Assembly (NCBI RefSeq): GCF_006345805.1
Contig: NC_043014.1
Coordinates: 26,164,001 to 26,228,000, forward strand
From: Octopus sinensis
Taxonomy: Eukaryota
DNA length: 64,000 nt
Reading direction: 5' to 3'
The notes beneath the pieces are model-generated. The model was not told the DNA's origin. It did no database searches and worked only from the letters and a program-made list of their open reading frames with translations. The position numbers and the translations under genes were made by a program. Shown piece after piece: positions 22,900-36,179 of the stretch. Position 1 is the first letter of the stretch. Every line of letters begins with the position of its first letter.

Positions 22900-25021
22900 T
22901 ATTTCAAAAAATTTTGCCATAAAGGCATGATACAGAGTAGCTTGCGGGCTGGATAGAAACATTGATGAGATGAATGATGAAATAAAATGATATAAATGGG
23001 AGAAGACAAAAAATGCCCGCCGATTTTTTATTTTCTAAAACATTATCTTTTACACAAAAAACAAACCGAGGTATTGAACCTCTTACTTCCGTTTTACAAT
23101 TATTGGACTTGATAGTCCATTTACAAATTAAAACATTATTATTTTTTTACACAAAAAACAAAACGAAGTATTGAACCTCTTACTTCCGTTTTTCAATTTT
23201 TGGACTTAATAGTCCATTTACAAATTGAAATGCTGAGCCTCTTACACACTTAAACATTATAACACTGAGGCTTTTCAACCTCTTGTCAATTTTCCTCCTT
23301 AACGTCGTTTGTGCCCATATACTCCGCCATTACACACGCCTCGTTTAAAACCAATGCGGGCTCCGGGTCGGCGTCGCCTGGCCACAAGCGATATTCCTCT
23401 TTGAGTCCCTGCAGCCTACGCATCACGGGCAATGTTATGGCCTCCACAGCTATCTGCGGAGGCATTCAGGTTCCCGTGTGAAAGTCAAATGTACTCTCAT
23501 ATAGTGTTTTTCCACCACCTTTTCCACCTCTCCACCTCTGTAGAAGAAGACCAATTATTTGTCTTCCTCCGGGGTCGATGTAGTCAATTCTACAGTTGGC
23601 AGCACAATTCCCGCCAACGGTGTCTCTTCCTTTACCGATGAGGTTTCAGGACATTCCAGTGCTATGTCACCGACTGCTGGCAATGTCCTCTTTTTCTTCC
23701 TGTTCCTCACTTTTTTCTCCTCAACTAGGGGAGGGTGCGTCTCCTCCGTAACCAAGAGAATCGCCTCCTCTCCCTTTCCTCTTCCGTAGGATCCAACGGT
23801 GAGCACTCATTATTGCTCACCTTCTTCCTCTTGCGGCTCTTCTTTGAGGAGTCCTCCGCCTCCTCGGTCGCCTTCGTTCCTTCTTCTACAGAAGTCTCTA
23901 TCAACTGCTCCAGGATTTTGCTTTGTTCCTGAGGACAGTTTTTCTTTATATGGCAAGGCTCCAGGCACCGATGACACCTGGTGGGGCGACCCTCAAGAAT
24001 TACCGGGTACCTGCACCCGGCCATCCTCGTAAAATGTGGAAAAACCAGATTATCGGCTGATTAGGTCCACAGGGTCAAAACTGCTTTCGACCCTACCCAA
24101 TCAGCCGCAGGTAGAATTTTGACATTTAAGAGCTTGGCTCTGCTGCCACCCAGACCCCGACGGATAGTGTCTTCTATCCATTCGGACTCTATTCTGGGTG
24201 GCAGCCCACACACCCAAGCTCTTGTCAACTTCCTCCCATCAAATATGGGAAGAAACAGAATTTTCTCCCCTTCCAAGAGATGGCTCGCAAAATCTCGAAC
24301 CTCCCCATGGGTGTCAAACAGCAACTACACCATTGCATATTTGACACCCCTTGCAATAAACTTAATAGTTGGCAGATATTCTGCCAACTCCTTTTCAATG
24401 TCCGCCTGAGAGAATACAGTGATGGTGTCAATCTCTCATTAAAGTCTTTTTCCCCACTGCTTGTGGGCCACAATTTGCCACTCCAATACAATTTTTTTTG
24501 TTGCCATGCTTGCAAAAGAAAAATAAAGAAAAATGTTCAACACAAAATCCAAAACGTTCCAAATAAAAGGTCGAATAAAAACACAAAAAATAAGAGAAGG
24601 ACAGAGCAGAGAAAAAGAACGAAAGGAAGACAGTTCAATTCACGACAACACAATTCCGCCACTCGTGTAAGCCACAAGAAAACATATACTCCAGTTCACG
24701 GTCGCAGCACACAAAAATTCCTCCACGAATTCATAAATTTTCCAAATTTTTGTATCGAGACACGCCCACCAAAACAACAATTCTCACAGCTAAGTGAGTC
24801 ACTCGGCGCGACCGCAGCAGACAAATGTCTAGGACCCAGTGAGGATTTCTTATTCGAGAAAAAAACAATATCAAAAAAATAATAATTCTCCACCGAATCC
24901 CTAAAAAGACAGATGTTTACCTTGCAGTCGCGCCTTCAATGGTTCTTTAATTCAAGACGGCTTCCAAGCACGTCTTGACAGTGTTCACTCTCGTAAGTGA
25001 CTGACAAACTCACGCATGTGT
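22900..25021 (-). mobile_element. Tx1-clade element 2: ~2.1 kb, ORF1 only, with TSD
   Basis: Frameshifted ORF1 (~24515-23290) with FLPIFDGRKLTRAWVCGLPP and CHRCLEPCHIKKNC; no ORF2 motifs seen; 3' end resembles that of element 1; TSD at 25023-25037 and 22885-22899. Confidence 0.85.
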
Positions 25022-25053
25022 GGTAAGCAAGCTACTTACCACACAGCCACACC
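25022..25053 (-). repeat. SINE copy B, 5' head remnant plus upstream TSD
   Basis: GGTGTGGCTGTGTGGT-AAGTAGCTTGCTTACC. Confidence 0.85.
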
Positions 25054-26656
25054 TTTGTTTTTTGAACTTATACATACATATATATATATATGAGTGTGTG
25101 TGTGTGTGTGTGTGTGTGTACAGACACACACACATGCATACATGCATGCATATTTGCCTGTGTGCGCGCGGGCATGATTGCGTGTTTGCACGCTAATGAA
25201 ATTTGTTTCATTTCAAGCTATATATTTTATTCATGTAAATATTTAATAATTTAAAAAATCTCATTATCTCTATGACGTCCAAAATGTTAGTGTTATTAGT
25301 AGGGCGATAAATTTGACAATGAACTTTCTTTGTTACGTGTATAATTTTATTCTAAAAAATATATAAAAACTGAATAGACAGGTCACCAGAAAAACATTAA
25401 CAAAACTAAAATCAACATAACAGTAAATAACGGCAGCATTAATACACCTTTGTTTGGCATACTAGAAACAGTAGCACAATCTCCCTCACATGCCAATCTG
25501 TTTTCCTAAAAATGTACACATAGAAAAATGTAGTCCCACATATTCCAGTAAAACGGGATGGTTATAACTCGAATGTGATTGATTTGATGAAACATAAGGA
25601 TAAATAAAAAGAACACGTACGTGAACAACAACGACAGCAACAACAATAACAACGTTTACAATATCAACTTGAACAAGAATAGTAATATTTTTCCATTCTT
25701 TAGCTGACAACTTTTGTAAAATTTGATTGATCATGTGATCATATGATTTTGAGTGATCATGTGTTATCAAAAGCCAGTTTTTGTTATCAAAATTCTCTTT
25801 TTGTTTACTATCGCCAAACATTGACTAAGTAACAAATATATCATTCTGTGACAATCGTTCCCATCTCTGTGCTCTCTTAAATACATTTAACATAATGCAT
25901 GTGAGAATATGGTGAGCAGTCTAAAGGAGAAGATGATCTTGATACAAAGAGCCTGTAACCTGCTTTCGAATTCCAATAGAAATCTGTACACCTAGCATGT
26001 TTATTTAGTCTTGGTAGATTGACAGAATCGTTACAACGTCAGACGATATGCCTTGCAGTGTTTGTTCCAACTCTTTATGTTCTGAGTTTAAATAGTAACC
26101 ATGTCAACTTCGCCTTTTATTCTCCTCGGGTCGATATAAACAACTATATCAGTTAAGTACTGAGGTCAATGGTAACTGCCAACCCTCTCCTCTTACAAAT
26201 GCTGATTTTGTACCTAAACTAGAGATAATTATGATTAGTGTGAAATGAATAAAATTGGTTGTAGAGCTTGCTAATTCATAAGAGCAGCTAATAAAGCAGA
26301 AAAGGAGGAAAAGAGAAAGGGTGAAACTAAACAAAGAGAAGGGATGAAAGGAAATAAAGAGAAATCAATACTTCCTGCAATCCAGTATTTATAGCGACAG
26401 CAGCAATTCTTCAATCACTGGTTTGCTATATCAGTAGTGGCTGACTTTGTCTTAGCATGCACTTGCTAGTAGATACTTTCTACTGACGAAGCTCGAGAAT
26501 CAGATATACGTAGTTTTCAAAACTAGTACCTCTGCAGGACGATTCGTACCATTATACTTCTATTAGAGAAAGTTACTTGATGTGAATATAACAGATTGTT
26601 ATTGTAAGCGCGCGGACACGGACACACATACACACACTCATGTGTCTATGTATATA

Positions 26657-26878
26657 CTCTCTTTTACTCTTTTATTTGTTTCAGTCATTTGACTGCGACC
26701 ATGCTGGAGCACCGCCTTTAATCGAACAACTTGACCCCGGGACTTATTCTTTGTAAGCCCAGTACTTATTCTATTGGCTATAGTAGAAATCACTTGCCCA
26801 AGGTGCTACGCAGTGGGACTGAACCCGGAACCATGTGGTTGGTTAGCAAGCTTCTTACCACACAGCCACTCCTGCGCC
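26657..26878 (-). mobile_element. SINE copy, internally deleted, head uninterrupted
   Basis: Intact A/B-box head joined to the 3' tail. Confidence 0.85.
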
Positions 26879-28277
26879 TATGTATCTTCAAAAATCATAT
26901 AGAAGTACAAACAAACGGAACAAACGGAAAATACATGCAAAGAAAGTCGCTAAATACTTAGCAGTTATCGTCCTAGGGAAAATAACACTTTCCTGCCTGT
27001 AACAACAATATTGTTCCCCTTTGGTGGTGACAGCGACGGGAAGCTGCTGAGAAATAGCGAATAAACAAACAAGGGGCCAGACACGACAGACTGTGAACAT
27101 ACAAGCAAGATGAAATAAATACAAACAAAATAATATTGAAGACGGAACGAATAGCGTACGGACAAGAGACAGAGACGAAAACAAACACGACGGAATGTGG
27201 ACATACAAGCAAAACGAAATAAATAAACAGAATAAAGCCTTACGGCTCAGACATGAGGCGAATATATGGGCAACACAAGGAAAAGTTTCGTAAAAGATTG
27301 TAAATGAAAAGAAGAGCGTTTTTGTTTATTTTCCATTTTCTTGTATCTTTTTTATTCTCTGTGTATGGTATATATATTTTGTTGAGCATTATGCTTGGTT
27401 ACATGTAATGTACTTTTCTGTTGACTGTGGGAGATAATAGATTTTTAAGTGATACTGTTAGTGTCTCACTTTTGAACCAGGTTTGATGTACTCACGGTAG
27501 TTACGCAGCTATGTATTGCGTATGGCTAAAGTAACTGAGAAACCGACTGCGCATCAGAGTGCGTGTATGTTTTCTTATGGTGGGATGACTAAACCGTATG
27601 AGCTAAAGTGTGTGGGTGAGAAGATAGATTCTTGCAGTACGTTCTTCTGTAAATTAGATATTATAGATGTATTATTGTACATTAAATAGATAGCGTTTCT
27701 TGTTTCGTTTATAAATGTTTGAAGAGGAACTGAACCAAAATCTTTGTCTATTATTGATGGTAGTTAAGATGGTGTGTGAATGTTCTTTTTTTTTTGCTGA
27801 AGCTGTTACGTATTATTTTGATATGTTTTTGCAGAATGCAGTCATCTAAAAACATGTTGTGAGTTGTAGTGAACCATGTATTCGCAGGTGATAAGATTAT
27901 CAAGTAAGAATATCAATAAGATTTTGAAAGCCATGATTCTAACTATTGTTGTATGCATTTTCCAAGCGTTTTTCCGGTGACGAAAATACACGAAACCAAT
28001 GCACACCTCTCAGAAACCGGTCTAAGGGTAGTGGAAATTGGTAGAGGATCACAGAGATGTTAAAGCATCCAAGTCCACTAGCTAACAGAATAAATACAGT
28101 TACATCTCTCGAGCTCCAGATGTTAGAGACACCCAGAAACTTAGCTGGCTTCCCAGACCACTTCCAATTCAAAGAATAATAACAAATTCCAACAGAGAAA
28201 GAGCCAATTTCTAACTTAGATTCAAGGTCCTTTCAATGGAATTTCAACAACATCAACAGGGTATTACTGCACGTATG

Positions 28278-28307
<30 letters not shown>

Positions 28308-28308
<1 letters not shown>

Positions 28309-28693
28309 GTAGTGATCCTATAACGGTGCGCGCGCGCGCACCGTCCATTTTCTATTTCGCGCGTGCGAGTGTTGGTGCCTTCACCAAGGCACAGAAAGGA
28401 AGGGCCCTCTCGCGCATGCGCGAACCACCGGAAGAACCCTTTTGCCTACGTGGCAGTTAGCGAGGCAAGGGGGTCGTAGAACGTTTGACCACTGGCAGCA
28501 GTCAGCGGGGACTTGGGACGGCAGCGACTGAAGGCGACGGTCACGATATATTTTCTCTCCGTTCGAACTTGATTCTAGCAGCACCATACCAAAAGGCCTT
28601 TAACCAAATTGTTGCAGACCAACATCGTCTCCATTGTTCGACGCCATCTTTAACCCGTTCTGTTTTTAGCGGCTGAACATTGTAAATATTACA
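28308..28693. other. CpG-rich 386 bp block with TGTA...TACA ends (candidate solo LTR or promoter-like island)
   Basis: Sharp rise in GC/CpG; TG...CA termini; no matching TSD. Confidence 0.4.
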
Positions 28694-29289
28694 ATCGATT
28701 AACTTTCAGCCTTGCGCGCCCAGAACCAAGGACATCAGATAACCACTTATTGTTACTGTTACCAAGAAAGAGAATAAAGTAGTATATATATCTTTTACGT
28801 CTGCGTCTTGTTGTTTCTGACTGGTAGAATTCTGGATTATTAAAGCAACGGCTAGTGATTGCTTTTCTTGTACCCCGAAAGTACAAGAGACGAGTATATT
28901 CACTAAGTTCGTTACACATATATATGTACAGTATTTGGAGTCAGTGCATGAGCGGATTTGTAAGTTTTGTTTTGTGTATGTATTTTCATGCCTATAGTTG
29001 CATATCAAGACATGTTCATTTATACTTAAATGATAAACTCCTGGAAAGTTTTACAGATTTTTACACTTCGAGTGATGGTTTGGATCTATAATCTTCGAAT
29101 CAGCTTCCTCCTTTCTGGCTTCGGGAAGCCTAGATTCTCAAGGTTGGTACTTAGGCAGTGTGTTACATACTCCAGTACCCCAATAATTACAAGTATAAGC
29201 ATGAACTTGTAATCTGAGTAGAGTAACTGCAGATTACTCAATAGTTCAGCATAGGTATTTTATTTTTCGCTGATCTTTAGCTTTATGTT

Positions 29290-31120
29290 AACATCCGCTG
29301 CTCAGTGGATTTCCACAACTGGACAAAGTTTCCCTTCTCTATCCCAAATCACTATGTCAAGCCTACTATATTTACATTTTGTTGAGTTATTCACAGGAAC
29401 ATGCAACCAGTACTCCTTATTATGAGTGGCTATGGCTTTTACCATACTGTGGGTTCTTATTTCATTAACTTTAAGGTTATCTTTCCGACGGATCTCATTA
29501 TACAGTGTCTTAGCCACAACATTATGTCTCATCAGTAGATAATACCATGGTAAGATTTTCGGACAATTGCTTATGATGTGGGTGATATCTCCGATGTTAT
29601 CTTCACAAAATCTAGATAGGTTATCATATTTTGATACTTCTCCTGCATCTCTATCCTTTTTGTGCATCAGGCATTTGGTTGATATTTCTTATTCCTGGAT
29701 TGCAAATGCATACCCTTCAAAGTGGGAGTAATCCGGTTGTTGGTCCATGGTAGACTACTTTGAGGTTCAATGTTACTGCCATCCCGGAGCTTTCCGCTAA
29801 CATATCCATACATGATCTTCTGCTGATATGCGCTCGTCCTTCATATGATATGTTGTAGTAGAGTCTTGTGACTTCTCTGGGCATGAATTTAAGGTTGTTA
29901 GACAAGAAATGCTGCTCAAGGAGCTGCTTTACAAGTCGCATGTTATCAACCTCATGTATGCAAACTTGGTGAAGGAATGTGCTTCGACACTTGGTGGTTA
30001 AAAGATGTCACTGAAAGTATATGATACGACATTGAAAGACAGGCTGGATCGATGTTAAGCCTCTGCCGCCTTCTTTTCGTTTTAGGTAGAAGCAGTCTAC
30101 GGCACCGTTTATGTGGAAATAATGTGTGCTTGTTATTGTCTTCCGGGTGGTGTTTACATCAATGGCTCGGATCTCATCAAGCGTTCCATTCAAGTAACCC
30201 AAATGTTGGTATGAGTACTGACACTGCAAACTCATTGTGGGCCACTGTTTTATTGAATGCAGAGAGTTCCGAGGTGCATATTTTCTTTATTCGACTGTAA
30301 TATTCTTTTGTGACATGTGTCTTGTTACAGATGTCGTAGTAAGATATGTTTTCATCAACCCTTAGATATCTGTAACATTTGTTACCAGATATAGAGGAAA
30401 CAGTTAAGTCATTGATGGAGATGCTGCTAGTCTGGTGTACAGTTTTCCATCTTTTTATAACCATTTGGCAACATATATCCTGACCAAAATCGAACCCTAT
30501 ATCCATTGAGAATGTAACGAGGTCAAGGCTCTTTTTCATCTCATATGTATTCTTGGCGAATAGTTTCAAGGCATCCACTAAAAAAGTGTGTAATTTTGGT
30601 ATTTCTGTTTCCTTGTAGTTTTTTTTTAATATATGTGCGTTAGTTCTGCTTTTGGGTATCAGGCCAGAGTTAACCAGTGTAGTATGCTTCTATTCCCATT
30701 GCGAGCTTACTGGTATAGGTTGATAAGATATTGTCGGTTGATGGTTAGCTTCTTGTACCAGTATCCAACAATCAACTCTCTTCCTCTGATGTCGGAGTTT
30801 CTCACTGTCAGATTGTAGCTCCTGCTTGAGGTTGATCAGTTTGCAATTGAGTGTTTTTTTTTACTATCTCCAAACATTTATTCTATCTCCTTCTCTTCAT
30901 ATATCTGATGTTCTTCCTTAAATCAGTTATCTTTTTCTCTGTTTTCAAAACCCATGATGACACTTTCTTCGTTGTTTCGGTGTTATATACTTTTTGCATG
31001 TCGTTTATATATTGCTTTGCGGTAGTAGACAAGGCACATATACGTTGATCTGTAGTTTCTTTTAATGTCCAGGGTAAGGCGGAGAATTTGCATTGTTTAT
31101 ACCAAATGTGGATCATCTCT
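29290..31120 (-). mobile_element. Decayed RLE-type (R4/Dong-like) LINE, RT to restriction-like endonuclease
   Basis: MDALKLFAKN (MDDLKL-like), HIISNCPK...RHNVVAK, RLDIVIWD..VVEI; many stops. Confidence 0.8.
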
Positions 31121-31600
31121 ACAAATGTTCATGTATATGTATGTGTAGCATTAGGATGTTCTAACTTTGCGTATACATTATTTAAATTTGTAAATATTGT
31201 ACTAAAGTTTTTTTCCTGCAGAACTTCATTTCATCAAAAAATTCTCTTCAAATTGAATGTTTGAAAGAAAAGCGGAGACAGTACAATTTGTATTCTAAAT
31301 TTAACTCAAAGAGGAGAAAAAGAAAGAAAAGAGGAGAGGAAGGAGAAAAAAGAGGGAAATAAAGCAAAAAGAATTTCAGTGATGACCATACCACATCTGT
31401 TTTCTCTACATTTTTCATGAAGAGGTTACAATCCTTAAACCCATTTCAATACAATGGTAAATGACTAAATAAATAAATGATTAGTGAATAGGAAGGGGGA
31501 TCCCCTTCTCCTCTCTGTCTGTCTGTCTGTCTTTGACAAGTTCAAGAAAGGAACAACAGTGCAATTAATGCATAAATAAAAAGATTTTTTCCGAAATTCT

Positions 31601-31708
31601 GGTGACATTTTTTCTCAGTATTCAATATCTGTACACCACATCTAACACTATATATATATGGTGTTAGATGTGGTGTACAGACATTGAATATTGAGAAAAA
31701 AGGTCACC
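31601..31708. repeat. 48 bp-arm hairpin around a (TA)n loop
   Basis: 31601-31648 is the reverse complement of 31661-31708 with 3 mismatches. Confidence 0.85.
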
Positions 31709-31715
31709 ATATATA

Positions 31716-32127
31716 TTCTCTTTTACTCTTTTATTTGTTTCAGTCATTTGACTGTGGCCATGCCAGAGCACCGCCTTTAGTCGAGCAAATCGATCCCAGG
31801 ACTTATTCTTTGTAATGCTAGTACTTATTCTATCGGTCTCTTTTACCGAAGCGCTAAGTTACGGGGACGTAAACATACTAGCATCCGTTGCCAAGCGATG
31901 TTGGGGAACACAAAACCGACACACAAACATATACACACACATACATATATAAGTATATATATATATATATATATACGATGGGGTTCTTTCAGTTTCCGTC
32001 TACCAAATCCCCTCAAAATGCTTTGGTCAGCCTGAGGCTATAGTAGAAGACACTTGCCCAAGGTGCCACGCAGTGTGACTATACTCGGAACCATGTGGTT
32101 GGTAAGCAAGCTACTTACCACACCACC
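31716..32127 (-). mobile_element. SINE copy, head uninterrupted across the target site
   Basis: Homologous to 11267-11661. Confidence 0.85.
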
Positions 32128-32131
32128 AGTC

Positions 32132-32197
<66 letters not shown>

Positions 32198-32507
32198 ATA
32201 TGATTGATGTCAAACGTGCACTGATATACCAACATCAACCACGACAGGTGTGACCTTTCGTGACTGGTCGAGGTTTACAGTAATAAAATTCCACTTTCTT
32301 CAACTTCTCTCATTCAAACTCCAAATGCTTGATGATTAGCGCCATGCTTTAAACTCGGAGTACCAGTGAATTTGAAACAAACATTTTGGTCCATATAGCT
32401 ACACACAAACACACACACATACACATATATATATATATATGCATATATATAAATATATATCTATATATATAAACACATATATATATGCATATATATATGT
32501 ATATATA

Positions 32508-32565
<58 letters not shown>

Positions 32566-32585
32566 GCATATACATATGTGTTTAT

Positions 32586-32948
32586 ATAGGTGATTCAAAA
32601 GTCGCCATACATAGGGACAATATATCTTTTTATAAGAAATACAGTATATAAGAACAGTGTTTCTATTTAACAGGCTCTATATTGTTACCATTGTTTTGAA
32701 TACACATTGCAATACGTTTACACCACTCATTGTGACCCCGTAATAGCACATCTGGTGATATGCGTGGAAATGAGTTGGTGATGCGTTCCTTCAAATGAAT
32801 TATGTCTTTTATCTTTCCATGATAGACCAAGCCTTTCAAATGCTCCTAAATATAGAAATCAAGAGGGGTCAGATCAGGGAACCTAGGGAATCGCATAAAC
32901 TTATAAAAAATAAATTTTCCTATGTATGGATACTTTTGAATCACCATG
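32586..32948 (-). mobile_element. Tc1/mariner deletion derivative with both TIRs
   Basis: TIR GGTGATTCAAAAGT..CCATACATAGG at both ends flanked by TA; PDLTPLDFY...LKERI transposase C-terminus. Confidence 0.8.
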
Positions 32949-33199
32949 TATACAAGAAAAAATGGTATTAAAAAATCCTGGCAGATTTCAAGTAAGCACT
33001 CAGTATATAACAATAAGGTTAAATTTCCAACAAGTAGATATTAGTAAATGTATGTAGAATACAAATCCCAGGTAAATCCAACATCCTTATGCTGAGCTTT
33101 AAGAAATTCAGAGTATTAATAACAATCAATAATATGTACGAAGAAAATCATATTTTTATTTTAGATGACACCTTAATAATCCCAAAATTGTTTCACTTG

Positions 33200-33204
33200 C
33201 ATTA

Positions 33205-33238
<34 letters not shown>

Positions 33239-33442
33239 GAATACATTCATACACACACACACGCACACACACATGTATATATATGAATACATTCATACAC
33301 ACACACACGCACACACACATGTATATATATGAATACATTCATACACACACACACATATATATATATATGAATACATTCATACACACACACACACACACAT
33401 ATATATGAATACATTCATACACACACACACACGCACACACAC

Positions 33443-33460
<18 letters not shown>
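33200..33460. repeat. ~35-45 bp compound minisatellite (ATATATGAATACATTCATACACACAC...) x5-6
   Basis: Directly visible tandem units. Confidence 0.85.
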
Positions 33461-33481
<21 letters not shown>

Positions 33482-33827
33482 TAATCCAAACAAGAAAGCA
33501 CAAAAAAACACAACAACGCGAGTACGTGGAACAAATATAATATTATTGGACGCTCAGGAAAGAAGGAAAGAAGGAGGGTTTAACGTTTCGAGCGTTAAAG
33601 AATAAAAACGGCAGATAATTCTACGTAATGCTAAATAGAAACTTATATATTTTACGTCACATTCATTAATTACCTATTCATTCATTTAACATAATAAACC
33701 CTTCTATGGGTATTAACTATATTCTGCAATAAATGAACAATGTTTTGATGACATACATTTTCGTACATATTATTATTAATTCTAATGATATTATGTATGT
33801 GCGTGTATGCGTGGGTGTGTGTGTGAA

Positions 33828-33863
<36 letters not shown>

Positions 33864-34269
33864 TGTATGTAGTATGTATGTATGTATGTATGTGTGTGTG
33901 TGTGTGTTTATGTTAATGTAATTGAAACAATTGTTGGATTTTTAATGTGTCATCTAAAATGAAGATATGATTTTCGTCGTACATATTATTGATGGTTATA
34001 TATATCAATATTATTATATAACTGATGTTAATATTTAAATTAATATCTAATAAGACTTTATAATATTTCGTATATTTTGAATTTTCTATTAATTAGTATT
34101 TTGGTTCCATATTGTAGTCTCTGTGTGTGTATGTATGTATGTATATATGCATTTGTATACATATATGTGTATGTATGGGTGTATGTGTGTGTGTGTGTGA
34201 ATGTTTGTGTTTGTAAATGTATGTGTACGTTTGTGTATATGAATGTACATGTAAATATATGTTTGTGTG

Positions 34270-34293
34270 TCTGTATGTCTATGAGTGCGAGTG

Positions 34294-34359
<66 letters not shown>

Positions 34360-35060
34360 TGTGTGTGGGGGGGGCGTGTAAATCCTATTTGTATAGATAA
34401 ATATATTATATTATATACGAAACAGACTTTAGAAATGTTAACTTATAATAATACACTATATTTAAAGTAAGGAATATAATTAGTAAAGAAGATTTGCTTT
34501 ATTGAACTTTATAACGGCATGCATAATTTTGTTTGTATATTATTGCTGAGCGTAATAATTTAGATTGGTCGTTTTGTTTGAAGTTTATTCTATCTATCTA
34601 CTGCAATCACGCAAATTTTATTTAACGTTCCTAAAAGCGAAAATGCTCTTAACGGTTAACAGAGATTTGCGTTATTTATATTTACCTATATGACAATTTC
34701 AAATGGTGTAGCTAGGAACTTTTTCTTAAATTCTCTTATGAAGCTGTTTCACTAATTGATTAATTATTAAAGTATTTAATTATATAATGAAAAATGGATA
34801 TGCCCTTGGTAAATCAGCTGAAACAAATGTCGGACATTATATTTATTTATTGATGTCTATATTATATATATTTTATAAATATAAAAATATATGAATAAAT
34901 AATCAATATACCAGTTTTTCATTGTTAACTTAATTTTATATTCTCTGGACCTATGTACATCACGTATCAAAATACATGTATTTGTTGGAAATACTATATG
35001 TCCTTCGGTCCTCTTCTGAGACTTATTATATATCTACCTGGAATTATCTCCCAACTTTGA
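34270..35060 (+). repeat. Segment duplicated at 46810-47950
   Basis: Near-identical sequence; the second copy carries a 274 bp insertion. Confidence 0.9.
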
Positions 35061-35113
35061 TATATATATATATATATACACGCACGCACGCACACACAGA
35101 CACACACACACAC

Positions 35114-35170
<57 letters not shown>

Positions 35171-35268
35171 CACATATATAAAGAATAAAATGTTTTGAAT
35201 TGTGCAACAATGCACTATAATACAAACAATGGGCTATATACCTGTTGTAATTTAGTCTGCTATAGTCT

Positions 35269-35303
35269 CATAATATTTCGGAATAAAATTCCTTCTTCAG
35301 ATA
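35269..35303 (-). ncRNA. Minimal hammerhead-like motif (PLE type)
   Basis: TAT-CTGAAGA-A-GGAAT(TTT)ATTCC-GAA-ATAT-T-ATG: intact core, palindromic stem III, very short stem I. Confidence 0.55.
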
Positions 35304-35479
35304 TTCTTAGATGGAGTCGCTGCTATAATCGGTTTTCCAAGGACTTTTGTTCTTGTTTTTCGGAAGCATCTCAACAGTGGTCTCCCGAACCTCCTTCCGG
35401 AATTCCTCATGAGAAGTGCGTGAGGTGGGCCATGTCTCAATCTCGTGAGTGCTAGTACATCCGTAGCGCCGCTTCTAAG

Positions 35480-35536
<57 letters not shown>

Positions 35537-36179
35537 TAGAGGGAGAATAATAATACAAAAGGAAAGTCATTCTTGCAGCGCACCTAAAATGTGATTAATA
35601 TGAGCAGAATATAACAAAAATTCAAGTGGATGACAGATTATTGTAGGTCAAGTTCCTTTATCATGGGAATACAAAATACCTAAAATTTCATCGAGATATT
35701 TGTTTTCAAGCGCTCCACTATTAGAGTCCAAAGAAGAACAGTATTACAAAACCTTACCATCGTTTCGAGGAATGCGTTTGTATTGGGCGAGTTTTCCAGC
35801 TGATACAAATAGTCACATTTCTTTCATCAGAGATACAAATAAATCGATTAAAATATTTTTAAAATTGGGAAAGCTCAAAATATCTTACTTACAAAACTTG
35901 AAGTCATATGGATAAAGTTATATTATTTTAGAATTCAATCTAATGAACATCGACTTTCCTTAATAAAATAATAATGGTGGAGCAAATGAACCTTGGTGGA
36001 AACGACGCATTGAAATGGACATAATGCGGGCAAGATAAGCTGTAGGAAAAACTGAGCAACGGTTAAGAAGAAACTGGAAAAATGGGAAAAAGTCCGACCG
36101 AGAAAAAAATAGAGAAAAAATATAAAATACGAAAGAATGGGCTTGGTGCAGTAATAGAGCAGAGGATCATGGCAAAAAG

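Noticed and set aside
25486-25821. 111-aa ORF with an apparent transmembrane segment
   Set aside because: The hydrophobic stretch comes from a degenerate (AAC)n repeat; there is an in-frame stop just upstream and no recognisable family motif.
33200-33460. Spaced repeats resembling a CRISPR array
   Set aside because: The spacers are AC/AT microsatellite, the context is eukaryotic, and there are no cas genes.
34680-34830. AG/GT-bounded candidate exon in the duplicated block (minus strand)
   Set aside because: Stops in all three frames in the first copy, and the second copy does not restore a reading frame.
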